Assembly (NCBI GenBank): GCA_040004125.1
Contig: JBDUBL010000001.1
Span: 3,850 to 67,849, forward strand
DNA: 64,000 nucleotides
Direction of reading: 5' to 3'
Source of the DNA: Actinomycetota bacterium
Lineage (GTDB): Bacteria > Actinomycetota > UBA4738 > HRBIN12
The notes under the pieces were generated by a model. That model worked only from the letters and a program-made list of their open reading frames with translations. It made no database searches and was not told where the DNA came from. This document shows, in pieces, positions 1 through 9,830 of this stretch. The stretch's first letter is position 1. Each line of letters opens with the position of its first letter. The position numbers and the translations under genes are program-made.

Positions 1-404
1 ACGGCGACCGCCCGACGACCGACGCCAAGCGCGGCCAGTGCCTGCTGGCGGCGCCAGATCGCGATGCCCGCTGCCACCGCGGCGCGCAGCTCCGGGTTCT
101 CGTCGCGGATCGCACTAGAGGTGATGACGACATCCGGTCGCGCAACGCCCTCGAGAACGTGCGCAGCGTCGTGGCCGACCCACACCGTCGCCCCATCCGC
201 GCGAAGCTCCGCAAGGGATCGGGAATCCTTCAGGTCCGAACCGTGCACCTGGAGGCCTCGTGCGAGCAGCAACCGCGCGAGGTTCCGCATCCCGGCTCCC
301 CCGACCCCGATCAGATGGACGCAGCGCACCCCCGCGAGCGGCGGGATCGCAAGCGTGGGGATGGATCCGGCCGGCGGATCCCAGAGGCCCTCACGGTCGG
401 TCAT
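1..404 (-). CDS. murC: UDP-N-acetylmuramate--L-alanine ligase MurC, N-terminal part; the gene runs off the left edge of the window
   Basis: Minus-strand translation from the ATG at 404 gives MTDREGLWDPPAGSIPTLAIPPLAGVRCVHLIGVGGAGM, the classic MurC N-terminus (HxIGxGGxGM). The start overlaps the murG stop at 391-393. It is not in the ORF track because it has no stop inside the window. Confidence 0.75.
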   Translation of the reverse strand, partial: MTDREGLWDPPAGSIPTLAIPPLAGVRCVHLIGVGGAGMRNLARLLLARGLQVHGSDLKDSRSLAELRADGATVWVGHDAAHVLEGVARPDVVITSSAIRDENPELRAAVAAGIAIWRRQQALAALGVGRRAVA

Positions 405-1509
405 CCGCGACCCCCGCGAGTTCCGCGGCCAACGCCGCGATCCGATCCGCCGCGTCCGGCCGAGACCACGCTCGAGCCGCAGCCGCCATTGCACGACGCC
501 GCTCATCCGCATCCACGAGGGACAGGATGGCCTCTGCGAGTGCCGACGGCGACAAGTCGGCATCCAGGAGCAGCTCGGCGGCGCCGGCTGCCACGAGCTC
601 ACGCGCGTTGGCTTCCTGGTGGTTCTCCGTCGCGTACGGGTACGGCACGAGGATCGACGGCACCGCGCAAGCCGCCAGTTCGGCGACGCTTCCTCCGGCG
701 CGCGAGACGGCGATGTCGGCGATCGCGAGCGCTCGGTCCATCCGATCGATGAAGGGCACGCAACGCACGACCAGCGCAGCGTCGTGCTCGATCGCGCGAC
801 GCACGACCTCGAGGTGATCGGGACCGGTGCTCACCAGCAGCTGCAGATCCGCGCGATCCCGTAACAGCGGGAGCGCGCCGGCGATCGCCCGGTCGATGTG
901 CAGCGCCCCCTGGCTGCCGCCGAAGACCAGCACCGTGGTGCGATCTGCACTCAGGTCCAACGACGACCGCGCCTCGGCGCGCAGCCGGTCGCGGGCGGCC
1001 GCCACCGCGGTGATCTCCGGACGGATCGGGTTGCCTGTTCGCTCGAGGCGCGTGCCGGCGGGCAGCCGGGCTGCGGTCCCGTCGAACCCCGTCGCCACGA
1101 CCGCCGCCCACCGCGCCGCGACCCGATTCACGACGCCGGGAACCGTATTCGGCTCGATCAGGACGAGCGGACGCCGACACCGACGCGCAGCGAGCGCTAC
1201 GGGAGCACTCGCGAAACCGCCGATACTGATCACCACGTCGGCGTTGCGGACCAGCGCACGGCACGCTCGCGACCCGCGGAGTGCCATGGCGATGGCGCGC
1301 AGCGTTGCGGGCGAGAGCCGTGACTGCGCGGCCACGACGCGAAGCCCCACGAACGGGAATCCGGCGGCGGGCACGAGCGTCGCCTCTTGGCCGTCGGTGG
1401 CTCCGATGAATGTGACTGACGCGTCGTACCGGTCGCGCATCGCTCGGGCCACCGCGAGCGCCGGGAACACATGTCCCGCGGTGCCGCCGCCGGTGACGAT
1501 GACGTTCAT
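391..1509 (-). CDS. murG: undecaprenyldiphospho-muramoylpentapeptide beta-N-acetylglucosaminyltransferase MurG
   Basis: Internal M (MNVIVTGGGTAGHVFPALAVA...) of ORF 391..2022. GT28 N- and C-terminal motifs are present. The ATG at 1507-1509 overlaps the ftsW stop (ATGA). Confidence 0.9.
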   Translation of the reverse strand: MNVIVTGGGTAGHVFPALAVARAMRDRYDASVTFIGATDGQEATLVPAAGFPFVGLRVVAAQSRLSPATLRAIAMALRGSRACRALVRNADVVISIGGFASAPVALAARRCRRPLVLIEPNTVPGVVNRVAARWAAVVATGFDGTAARLPAGTRLERTGNPIRPEITAVAAARDRLRAEARSSLDLSADRTTVLVFGGSQGALHIDRAIAGALPLLRDRADLQLLVSTGPDHLEVVRRAIEHDAALVVRCVPFIDRMDRALAIADIAVSRAGGSVAELAACAVPSILVPYPYATENHQEANARELVAAGAAELLLDADLSPSALAEAILSLVDADERRRAMAAAARAWSRPDAADRIAALAAELAGVADDRP

Positions 1510-2843
1510 CGCGACCGGGTGCGGGCCGGATCCTTCGCTGGTCGAGACGAGGGTGTCCGCGGCGGGTTCGCGGCGGCATCGCGCGCCACGCTGGCCAACA
1601 CCCCGATGCCTGCCAAGGTGACCACCAAGGCCGTGCCACCGAAGGACACGAGCGGCAACGGAACGCCGGTGATCGGCAACAAGCCGGTCACCGCCCCCAT
1701 ATTGACGATCGCCTGCAGCCCGATCCAGCCGATCACGCCGGCCGCCAGCAGTCGCTCGAAGGTGCCGCGGGCGTGCAGGGAGATGCGCACCCCGGCGTAG
1801 ATCAGCACACCAAAAGCGACCAGCACGACGAGGGCCCCGAGCAAACCCAGTTCCTCGCCGATCACCGCATAGATGAAGTCCGAGTGCGCGTTGGGAAGGA
1901 AGTCCCACTTCGCGCGGCTCGTTCCCAGACCCGTGCCGAGCCAGCCGCCGGAGCCGATCGCGATCAGGCCCTGGATCAGCTGGAACCCATTGCCCTGCCG
2001 ATCGGCCCACGGATTGAGCCATGCGTCGAAGAAGCGCGTCCGCCGATACGTCTCACCCAGGATCAGCAGCATCGCGCCGAGCAGCCCGATCCCGGTGACC
2101 ACGGCCAGGTAGCGCATGCGGATGCCCGCCACGAACAGCATGATCACGACCAGCCCCAACAGGATCAGGGTCGTCCCCAAATCACGCTGCGCGATGCCGA
2201 GGATTCCGACGACACCGGCGATCACGCCCAGAGGGAACAGAACCTGCATCGGGTCATCCAGACGATTCCATTTGTTCGTCAGGATGGAGGCAGTGACGGC
2301 GACAAGGCCGAGTTTGGCGAACTCGGAAGGCTGCAAGGTGATCGGCCCCAGATCGATCCATCGCGAAGCGCCGTAGAGCGCGGTCCCGGAGGTCGGGCGT
2401 GCCGCGATCACCATGAGCACCGTGGCCGCACCGAGCAGCGGCAGCCCGAGCGTCTTCCACGCCCGGGGAGACAGCCGCGCCACGAACAGCGCCGCACCGA
2501 CACCGACCCCCGCGTACAACACCTGTCGCTGGAAGTACCAGAAGCTGTTGCCCCCGTACCCTTGCGCCGCCGATACCGACCCTGCCGAGAGCACCATGAC
2601 CAGGCCCACGAGCGTGAGGAAGCCCGCCGTGGACCCGAGCAGTGCTAGGTCGCGGCGGGTCAGCCGCTTCACCTCCGCCGGCGTTCGGCGCCGCGGCGGT
2701 TCGAGGACGCGCAGGTGGCGCCTTCCCTCGGCGCCGCGGGCCTGCGAGCGTCTTGGAGCCTGCGTGCGCCGGGAAACGCTCGTCGAGGCGCCTTTCCCAC
2801 TCGTTCGCCGTGCGGCGTTGGATGTGCGCTCAGCCACGCCCAT
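1506..2843 (-). CDS. ftsW: SEDS-family peptidoglycan glycosyltransferase FtsW
   Basis: FtsW/RodA multi-TM protein in dcw gene order. The start was chosen at the internal ATG (MGVAERTS...) overlapping the murD stop. The longer ORF start at 3104 would overlap murD by 275 nt. Confidence 0.8.
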   Translation of the reverse strand: MGVAERTSNAARRTSGKGASTSVSRRTQAPRRSQARGAEGRRHLRVLEPPRRRTPAEVKRLTRRDLALLGSTAGFLTLVGLVMVLSAGSVSAAQGYGGNSFWYFQRQVLYAGVGVGAALFVARLSPRAWKTLGLPLLGAATVLMVIAARPTSGTALYGASRWIDLGPITLQPSEFAKLGLVAVTASILTNKWNRLDDPMQVLFPLGVIAGVVGILGIAQRDLGTTLILLGLVVIMLFVAGIRMRYLAVVTGIGLLGAMLLILGETYRRTRFFDAWLNPWADRQGNGFQLIQGLIAIGSGGWLGTGLGTSRAKWDFLPNAHSDFIYAVIGEELGLLGALVVLVAFGVLIYAGVRISLHARGTFERLLAAGVIGWIGLQAIVNMGAVTGLLPITGVPLPLVSFGGTALVVTLAGIGVLASVARDAAANPPRTPSSRPAKDPARTRSR

Positions 2844-4182
2844 CGACCTCCCTGGGCAAGGCGCGTGCTGCGGCCGCGAAGCGATCGCCGCGCTCGACGT
2901 AGGACGCGAACTGATCCCAGCTCGCACATCCCGGGGCGAGCAACACCACGCCGGGGCGAGGCGCCAACGCGAACGCCGCGGCGACCGCGTCTTCGATCGA
3001 GCCGGCTCTCGTGACACGCGCCAGACCCGCGAAGGCGGCCTCGACCTCGGGGGTGGCCTCGCCGATCGCGACAACACCGACCAGCTTGGTCGCGCCGGCG
3101 GCAAGCGGCGTCAGGTCCTGGCCCTTCGCACGGCCGCCGGCGATCAACACCGCGTCACGCACGCCCTGGATCGCCGCCAGGGCGGCATGGACGTTCGTTG
3201 CCTTGGAGTTGTCCAGAAAGCGCACGCCGTCGACCTCGGCAACCGTCTCGCCACGGTGCGCCGCCGGGGTGTACGCCGCGAGGCCGGCCGCGACTGCCGC
3301 CGGCTCGGCGCCGTAGGCGAGCGCCGCCGCCGCTGCGGCGGCCGCATCCTCACGAAAGCCCGCTCGCTCCGGGTCGATCGTGCCCAGCGCGGCATCGCCG
3401 TACTGCAATCGCGCGACGAGCTGCTCGCCGACGTAGCCGACATCGTCCCGGCCCGGAGGTCCCGCCCGGAACCATCGGACGTCGCAGGGAGCGACGGCCG
3501 ACACGGCCGCAGCCAACGCGTCGTCGCGGTTGCCCACATGCGTATCGCCCGCCCCCTGCCGGGCGAAGATCGCCGCCTTGGCCGCCCGGTACGCATCGAA
3601 GGACCCGTGATGGTCGAGGTGATCCGGCGCCAGATTGACGAGCACCGAGACCGTCGGATGGAAGCTGGTTTGCATGTCCAATTGGAAGGAGGACACCTCG
3701 ACGACCAGCGCCTCGTGTGAACTGCGGACGGCGGTCGTGAACGGGAACCCGATGTTGCCGCACGCGATGGCGTCGACCCCAGCGGCCCGCAGGCAGGACG
3801 CCAGCATGCCCGTCGTCGTCGTCTTGCCGTTCGTGCCGGTCACCGCGAGGTAGGGCACCGTGGCGAGGCGGGCGCCCAGCTCGAGCTCGCCCCAGGCGGG
3901 CAGCCCACGGTCCCGCGCCCACGCGAAGACCTCGGCAGACGGGGGGATCCCGGGGCTCGTCACCAGCAGATCGGCGCCGTCGAGGTCTTCGGGACGATGT
4001 CCGCCCATTCGCACGTCGATGCCGATCGCCTCGAGCTCGGAGACATCCCCGATCGCCGCGGCGTCTCGGACCTCGGTGACGACGACCGTCGCCCCCGCCG
4101 CGGCCAACGCCTCGGCGGCGGCCCGTCCGGCCACGCCCGCGCCAAGGACGACCGCGTGACGCCCCGCGAACACCCCGCTCAC
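2830..4182 (-). CDS. murD: UDP-N-acetylmuramoylalanine--D-glutamate ligase MurD
   Basis: Mur ligase motifs: Rossmann HAVVLGAGVAG, P-loop TGTNGKTTTTGML, and LAPDHLDHHGSFDAYRAAK. The start is approximate (GTG near 4182, abutting the mraY stop). The ORF's N-terminal extension is GC-rich run-on. Confidence 0.8.
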   Translation of the reverse strand: MSGVFAGRHAVVLGAGVAGRAAAEALAAAGATVVVTEVRDAAAIGDVSELEAIGIDVRMGGHRPEDLDGADLLVTSPGIPPSAEVFAWARDRGLPAWGELELGARLATVPYLAVTGTNGKTTTTGMLASCLRAAGVDAIACGNIGFPFTTAVRSSHEALVVEVSSFQLDMQTSFHPTVSVLVNLAPDHLDHHGSFDAYRAAKAAIFARQGAGDTHVGNRDDALAAAVSAVAPCDVRWFRAGPPGRDDVGYVGEQLVARLQYGDAALGTIDPERAGFREDAAAAAAAALAYGAEPAAVAAGLAAYTPAAHRGETVAEVDGVRFLDNSKATNVHAALAAIQGVRDAVLIAGGRAKGQDLTPLAAGATKLVGVVAIGEATPEVEAAFAGLARVTRAGSIEDAVAAAFALAPRPGVVLLAPGCASWDQFASYVERGDRFAAAARALPREVDGRG

Positions 4183-5240
4183 CCAAGACCCCCCCGCGCG
4201 ATGAAGTCCGCGTAGAACAGCCCGATGCCGACCGCCGAGCACAACCCGGCGATGATCCAGAAACGGACGATCACCGTGAACTCCGGCCACCCGGCGAGCT
4301 CGAAGTGATGGTGGATCGGCGACATGCGGAAGATGCGCCGACCGAACCCCCGGTAGGAGATCACCTGCGCGATCACGGAGAGCGTTTCCAGGACGAAGAG
4401 ACCGCCGATGATCACCAACAGCAGCACCGTGTTGGTCACCAGTGCGAGCGCGCCGAACAGCCCGCCCAGCGCCAGCGCGCCCGTATCCCCCATGAAGATC
4501 CGTGCCGGCGCGGCGTTCCACCAGAGGAACCCGGTCGCAGCGCCCATCATCGCCGCCGCGACGATCGCCGCGTCCTGCAGATCGGCCCCGCGGACCGCGT
4601 AGCAGCCCGCCGCGTTGCCCAAGAGCCCGCACGTGTGGCGGAACTGCCAGAAGCTGATGAAGATGTAGGCCGCCGAAACCAGGATCGAGGAACCTGCCGC
4701 GAGCCCGTCGAGACCGTCGGTGAGGTTGACCGCGTTGGACGATCCTGTCAGCACGAAGAAGGCCCACACGGCGAACGCGCCGCCCAGAGCGATCGCGGTC
4801 GGGCGCACGAACGACACATGCGTCGAGATGCCGGCGTCGGCCCCGTAGTGCATCACGAGCCCGGCGAACAACAGCGAGACGATCGCGGTCCCCACGAACT
4901 TCTGGGTCTTCGTCAGACCGAGCGAGCGCCGACGTTTGACCTTGGCATAGTCATCGAAGAAGCCCACGATGCCGAAACCGACGGCGGCCAACACGAGCGC
5001 GATCCCGGTGGCGGTGATCCGCTGCGTCGTGACCCGGGACGCCACGTAGCCGAGCACGAAACCGATCAAGATCACGATGCCGCCCATCGTGGGCGTCCCC
5101 ATCTTCTCGAGGTGGGTATGCGGACCGTCTTCTCGGATCCGTTGCCCCCAGCCCCAGGTGCTGAAGGCGTGGATCGCGACCGGTGTGCCAAGCAGCACGA
5201 CCGCGAGCGCCACTCCGGCCGCGATCAGGATCGAGATCAC
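4179..5240 (-). CDS. mraY: phospho-N-acetylmuramoyl-pentapeptide transferase MraY
   Basis: MraY C-terminal signature (MSPIHHHFELAGWPE...). GTG start at 5240 in a GTGA overlap with the murF stop. About 353 aa, which is typical. Confidence 0.9.
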   Translation of the reverse strand: MISILIAAGVALAVVLLGTPVAIHAFSTWGWGQRIREDGPHTHLEKMGTPTMGGIVILIGFVLGYVASRVTTQRITATGIALVLAAVGFGIVGFFDDYAKVKRRRSLGLTKTQKFVGTAIVSLLFAGLVMHYGADAGISTHVSFVRPTAIALGGAFAVWAFFVLTGSSNAVNLTDGLDGLAAGSSILVSAAYIFISFWQFRHTCGLLGNAAGCYAVRGADLQDAAIVAAAMMGAATGFLWWNAAPARIFMGDTGALALGGLFGALALVTNTVLLLVIIGGLFVLETLSVIAQVISYRGFGRRIFRMSPIHHHFELAGWPEFTVIVRFWIIAGLCSAVGIGLFYADFIARGGLG

Positions 5241-6616
5241 GACAGATCCTCCACGAGCCGAGCGGCGAGCCGCTCGAGCCCCGTCACCCGAGAGCCCTTG
5301 ACCAGGACGACGTCGCCGTCGCGCACGACGGCCAGCACATCGGCCGCCGCAGCGTCGGCATCGTCGTAGTCCGCCACGTTGTCGGGCTCGACCCCTTCGC
5401 GCACCCCGGCGGCCGCGATCGCTTTTGCCTCGGGACCGATCGTGATCAGCCGGTCGACGTGCAAGCGTGCGGCGAGCTCCCCGATGCGCTCGTGCTCGTC
5501 GGCGGCGATCGGGCCGAGCTCGGCCATCTGCCCTAGCACGGCGATCAGCCGGCCATCGCCGGCCATCCACCGCGTGGTCCTCAGCGCGGCGGCCATCGAC
5601 TCCGGGTTCGCGTTGTACGCGTCGTTCACGATCCGCACACCCGATCGCGTGACCGTCACCTGCATCCGCCACGGCGTGATCGTGGCCGCCGACAGTGCAG
5701 CCGCGCACGCAGGAAGTGCCACGGCCAGCTCGAGCCCGACGGCCGCGGCCGCCAACGCGTTGGCGATCATGTGCTCGCCGGGCACGGCCAGCGTCACGCG
5801 CTCGCGGCCGTTCGCCGCCACGAGATCGAACGACGCGCAGCCATCGCGGCCGAGGGTCACCGCCTCGGCGCGCACCGCGGCGCCGTTGCCACGACCGAAT
5901 GTCGTGACGCGCGCCGATGTTCGCGCGGCGTAGCTGGCCACCACCGGATCATCGACGTTCAGGATGGCGACGGCGTCGGCCCTCAGCACGTCGATCGGCT
6001 CGGCGGACGCCTCCACGATCGCATCCCAGGACCCGAACACCTCGATGTGCGCCACCCCGACGTTGGTCACGACGACGACCGAGGGGTCGGCGATCGGCAT
6101 GAGACTGGCCACGTCGCCCACGTGTCGCGCGCCGAGCTCTGCCACGATCACCTCGGCGTCCGGCGGCGCACCGAGCAGCGTCATCGGCACACCCACCTCG
6201 TTGTTGAACGAGGACGGGCTGGCGTGCGTGCGGTGGCGCTGGGCGCACACCGTCGCGGTCATGTCCTTGGTGGAGGTTTTGCCGTTGGCGCCGGTGATGG
6301 CGACCACGGTGCCGCCGAACCCTCGGCGCTCGTCTGCGGCGAGGTCCAGCAGTGCCTGACCGGTGTCCGCGACCCGGACGGTCGGCGCATCCACGGCGAA
6401 GCCCGTGCGCACCATCGCGGCCGCGGCACCCTGCGCGAGGGCATCGGCGACGAATGCGTGCCCGTCGCGACGTTCCCCGGCGAGCGCGACGAACAGCGCG
6501 CCCGCATGCACCAGACGCGAGTCGGTCTCGACGCTGCGGATCGCGACATCCCCGCCCGCTTCGGCTTCGCCACCCACTGCGGCGGCGACGGCGGCGAGCG
6601 CCCGGGGCTTCAACAA
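5237..6616 (-). CDS. murF: UDP-N-acetylmuramoyl-tripeptide--D-alanyl-D-alanine ligase MurF
   Basis: Mur ligase P-loop ITGANGKTSTK plus MurF-like domains. Position in the dcw order fits. Confidence 0.85.
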   Translation of the reverse strand: MLKPRALAAVAAAVGGEAEAGGDVAIRSVETDSRLVHAGALFVALAGERRDGHAFVADALAQGAAAAMVRTGFAVDAPTVRVADTGQALLDLAADERRGFGGTVVAITGANGKTSTKDMTATVCAQRHRTHASPSSFNNEVGVPMTLLGAPPDAEVIVAELGARHVGDVASLMPIADPSVVVVTNVGVAHIEVFGSWDAIVEASAEPIDVLRADAVAILNVDDPVVASYAARTSARVTTFGRGNGAAVRAEAVTLGRDGCASFDLVAANGRERVTLAVPGEHMIANALAAAAVGLELAVALPACAAALSAATITPWRMQVTVTRSGVRIVNDAYNANPESMAAALRTTRWMAGDGRLIAVLGQMAELGPIAADEHERIGELAARLHVDRLITIGPEAKAIAAAGVREGVEPDNVADYDDADAAAADVLAVVRDGDVVLVKGSRVTGLERLAARLVEDLS

Positions 6617-8085
6617 GCACCCGATCGCGCCGCGATCGCCTCGCGGGCCGCGACACGGTCGTCGAACGCCAGCACGTCGACACCGACCTCTTGATACGTC
6701 TCGTGACCCTTCCCGGCGATCACGACCACATCGCCGTCGCGCGCCTCGGCGATCCCGAGCGCGATCGCCGAGCGCCGATCCGGCTCGACCAGGTACGACG
6801 CGCCGGCCGCCATGCCTGCCACGACCTGATCGATGATCGCAGCGGGGTCCTCGGATCGTGGGTTGTCGCTGGTCACGATGGCCAGGTCCGACTCCTCGGC
6901 GGCGACGCGCCCCATGATCGGTCGCTTCGCACGGTCGCGATCACCTCCGCAACCGAACACCACGATCACCCGGCCAGCGGCCAGCGCACGTGCACCCCGG
7001 AGCACGTTGAGGATGCTATCCGGCGTGTGTGCGTAATCCACTACCACCGCGTACCCCTGTCCAGCCTCGACCGGCTCCATCCGGCCCGGCACGAGCGGCA
7101 CCGAGGCGATCGCCGACACCGCGTCATCGCCCGGGATGCCGAGCACCCGGGAGACCGCGAGCGCGCCCAGACAGTTCTCGATATTGAAACGACCCCGCAG
7201 TGCACTGCGCACCTCGAGGCCGTCCACGGCGAACCCAACCCCATCCTCGCGCACCTCGATATCGCGGGCCCGCAGGTCGGCCTGCGCGTCGAGGGCAAAG
7301 GTCGTCGTCGGGATCGACGGCTCCTCGAGCAGGCGCCGCCCCCAAACGTCGTCGGCGTTCACGACGCCGTGGCGCGCATGCGAGGGCGCAAAGAGCAACG
7401 CCTTGGCTCCGAAGTAGTCCTGCATCGACCCGTGGAAGTCCAGGTGGTCTTGCGAAAGGTTGGTGAACAGCGCTACATCCATGACGACGCCGTCGACGCG
7501 GTGCTGTGCGAGCGCGTGCGACGAGACCTCCAGCGCAACGGCCCGGACCCCGGCGACACGCATGCGCGCCAGCAGGCGCTGCAGGTCCGGAGCCTCCGGT
7601 GTCGTGCGTGCCAGCGGGCCGGGGTTCCCGTCGATGCGGACGCCGGTCGTCCCCACCACGCCGGGCATCCTGCCCGCCGCAGACAGGATCGATTCGAGGA
7701 GATAGCTCGTCGTGGTCTTGCCGTTGGTTCCCGTGATCCCGACCAGGGTCATCCCCGCACCCGGGTCCCCGAAGATCACGGCCGACATCGGACCGATCGC
7801 GCGTCGGACGGATGGCACCACGATCTGTGGCACCCCGATCTGTGGCACCCCGATGTCGACCGGGTGCTCCACGACGAGCGCCACCGCACCGGATGCCACC
7901 GCGGCGGAAGCGAAGTCGTGGCCGTCGGCCGTGGCGCCGGGGATACAGAAGAAGACGCTGCCGGGAGGCACAGTTCGGGAGTCGTACGCCGCGTCACGCA
8001 CGAAGGTCTGCGGATCACCCCGCACCTCGGCGCCCACGACCGCGGCGACGTCGGCGAGGCGCACCAGGGGGAAGGTCGCGTCCAC
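6610..8085 (-). CDS. murE: UDP-N-acetylmuramoyl-L-alanyl-D-glutamate--2,6-diaminopimelate ligase MurE
   Basis: ITGTNGKTTTSYLL, NLSQDHLDFHGSMQDYFGAK and DNPR motifs. Contains an in-frame IGVPQ-IGVPQ tandem duplication. Confidence 0.9.
   Translation of the reverse strand: MDATFPLVRLADVAAVVGAEVRGDPQTFVRDAAYDSRTVPPGSVFFCIPGATADGHDFASAAVASGAVALVVEHPVDIGVPQIGVPQIVVPSVRRAIGPMSAVIFGDPGAGMTLVGITGTNGKTTTSYLLESILSAAGRMPGVVGTTGVRIDGNPGPLARTTPEAPDLQRLLARMRVAGVRAVALEVSSHALAQHRVDGVVMDVALFTNLSQDHLDFHGSMQDYFGAKALLFAPSHARHGVVNADDVWGRRLLEEPSIPTTTFALDAQADLRARDIEVREDGVGFAVDGLEVRSALRGRFNIENCLGALAVSRVLGIPGDDAVSAIASVPLVPGRMEPVEAGQGYAVVVDYAHTPDSILNVLRGARALAAGRVIVVFGCGGDRDRAKRPIMGRVAAEESDLAIVTSDNPRSEDPAAIIDQVVAGMAAGASYLVEPDRRSAIALGIAEARDGDVVVIAGKGHETYQEVGVDVLAFDDRVAAREAIAARSGAC
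7820..7849. repeat. Perfect 2 x 15-bp tandem duplication (cgatctgtggcaccc) inside murE, with a third degenerate copy to ~7860. It is in-frame and encodes IGVPQ-IGVPQ-IVVPS
   Basis: Read directly from the sequence at 7818-7860. Confidence 0.6.
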
Positions 8086-8117
8086 CGGTGGCGAGCCTAC
8101 ACGCCTCGTCGGCCCGG

Positions 8118-9830
8118 TCAGGGAGCCGGGAGCGCGTGCGGCGGCAGGGCGACCGGCGCGCTCGGCTCGATGCCGAGGCGCTGGATCGCGTACCGCGCCA
8201 CGTGCTGGAACAAGGGGGCGGATGCCACGCCGCCGTAGATCGTGTCGGGCTCATCCAGGATCGCGGCCACGACCACGCGCGGACGCGACGCCGGTAGGAA
8301 TCCGATGAACGACGCGACGTAACGATCGATGTAGTTGCCCTGCGCGTCGACCTTCTTCGCGGTTCCGGTCTTGCCCGCCACCTGATAGCCGGGGATCTGC
8401 GCGTTGTATCCGGTCCCGTCTTGGACGGCGTAGGCGAGCATCTCGGTGAGGGTGCGGGTCGAATCGACGCTGAGGACCCGGTGCTCGGCGCCCGCGGGTG
8501 CCGCTGAGAACGAGCCGTCGTCGCCGACCGTTCCTTGCACGAGCCTCGGCTGCACGTACACACCGCCGTTGGCGATCGTTGCGTACACGGTCGCCATCTG
8601 CAGCGGGGACACGGCGACCCCGGCGCCGAACGAGACGGTGGCCCGCGTGATATCGCTCCAATCGTTCGAGCTCGGCATCAGGCCGGCAGCCTCGCCGGGG
8701 AACCCGACCCCCGTGGGCGAACCAAACCCGAAGCTCTGGAACGTCCGCTGCAACGCCTCGTTGCCGGTGCGGTCTGCCACCATCGAGATGCCCACATTGC
8801 TGGAGTGGGCGATGATGTCGCCCAACGTCATCCGTTCGGTCGCGTGCGGTTCGGCGTCGTGGATCGTGTAGCCCTCGATGTCCCGGGTCGCCGGCACCTG
8901 GAATCGCTCGGTCGGCGAGACGGCCCCGGACTCCAAGGCCGCGCCAGCCGTGATCGTCTTGTTCACGGAGCCGGGCTCCCATGTGTCCGTGACGGCGCGG
9001 TTCACCAAGAGGCTCGGGTCGGCGTGCGAGAAGTCGTTGGGGTCGAAGCTCGGGCACGTCGCCATGGCATAGATCTCCCCCGTGCGCGGGTCCATCACGA
9101 TCACCGTGCCGCCTTTTGCGTGGTTCTGGCGGATCGCCAGCCGCAAGTATTGCTGCGCCTGGAACTGGATCTGCCGGTCGATCGTGAGCCGGAGGTCCCC
9201 GCCCGGTTGCGGCTGCTGTTGGATCTGTACACCGCCCGCGATCTCTTGGCCCATCGCTGACAGCTCGAGCGTGCGCGCGCCAGGGGTGCCGGTCAGCGCG
9301 GTGTTGTATTGCTGCTCCAGCCCGGTGAAGCCGACCCCGTCGACGTTCACGAGACCGACCACCTGCGCGGCGATAGAGCCTCCCGGGTAGGAGCGCTTTT
9401 CGGAGGGCAACAGCCCGATCCCTGGCAGGTGGAGGTCGGCGATGCGGGCGGCGACATCCACATCGATGCCACGCGCGATGTAGACGAAGGTCGTGTCGGG
9501 CGTGGCGAGCTCGGTTGCGACGTCCGCGCTCTTGAGACCCAGCCCGGTCGCGAGCTGCACGGACTCGCCCACCGGGTCGATCACGCTGCTCGGATCCGCG
9601 TAGACGTCGCGTGCCTCGAGCGTGACGGCGAGCGGGCTGCCGGTGCGATCGAGGATCTTCGCGCGGGTCGCATCCAGCTGTTCGGTTCGCAGCCGTTGTT
9701 CGGCGCCGAGCGCGGCGTACGTGCCGGACTCTCGAACCTGCAACATCGCGAGGCGAACCACGATCCCGCCTAGCGCGAGGGACATCCCGACAAGCAGGGC
9801 GATCAGCCGCCCCGCCGGAGGTCGCTTCAC
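8118..9830 (-). CDS. ftsI: penicillin-binding protein / peptidoglycan D,D-transpeptidase FtsI
   Basis: N-terminal TM helix, PBP dimerisation and transpeptidase domains (SxxK, SxN, KTG-like KTGTA). Position in the dcw order fits. Confidence 0.85.
   Translation of the reverse strand: MKRPPAGRLIALLVGMSLALGGIVVRLAMLQVRESGTYAALGAEQRLRTEQLDATRAKILDRTGSPLAVTLEARDVYADPSSVIDPVGESVQLATGLGLKSADVATELATPDTTFVYIARGIDVDVAARIADLHLPGIGLLPSEKRSYPGGSIAAQVVGLVNVDGVGFTGLEQQYNTALTGTPGARTLELSAMGQEIAGGVQIQQQPQPGGDLRLTIDRQIQFQAQQYLRLAIRQNHAKGGTVIVMDPRTGEIYAMATCPSFDPNDFSHADPSLLVNRAVTDTWEPGSVNKTITAGAALESGAVSPTERFQVPATRDIEGYTIHDAEPHATERMTLGDIIAHSSNVGISMVADRTGNEALQRTFQSFGFGSPTGVGFPGEAAGLMPSSNDWSDITRATVSFGAGVAVSPLQMATVYATIANGGVYVQPRLVQGTVGDDGSFSAAPAGAEHRVLSVDSTRTLTEMLAYAVQDGTGYNAQIPGYQVAGKTGTAKKVDAQGNYIDRYVASFIGFLPASRPRVVVAAILDEPDTIYGGVASAPLFQHVARYAIQRLGIEPSAPVALPPHALPAP

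Noticed and set aside
64-1639. Track ORFs 64..864(+), 159..752(+), 260..817(+), 599..1639(-) and 827..1621(+), which overlap murC/murG
   Set aside because: They have Arg/Ala/Pro/Gly-rich low-complexity translations, typical of alternative frames in 70% GC DNA. The region is fully explained by murC and murG, which have clear family motifs.
1773-8308. Long plus-strand ORFs antisense to ftsW/murD/mraY/murF/murE (e.g. 1773..2648, 2413..3720, 4305..5369, 5771..6694, 6352..8238, 7712..8308)
   Set aside because: No recognisable domains, and RxRxR/G-rich composition. Each overlaps a motif-bearing dcw gene on the other strand.
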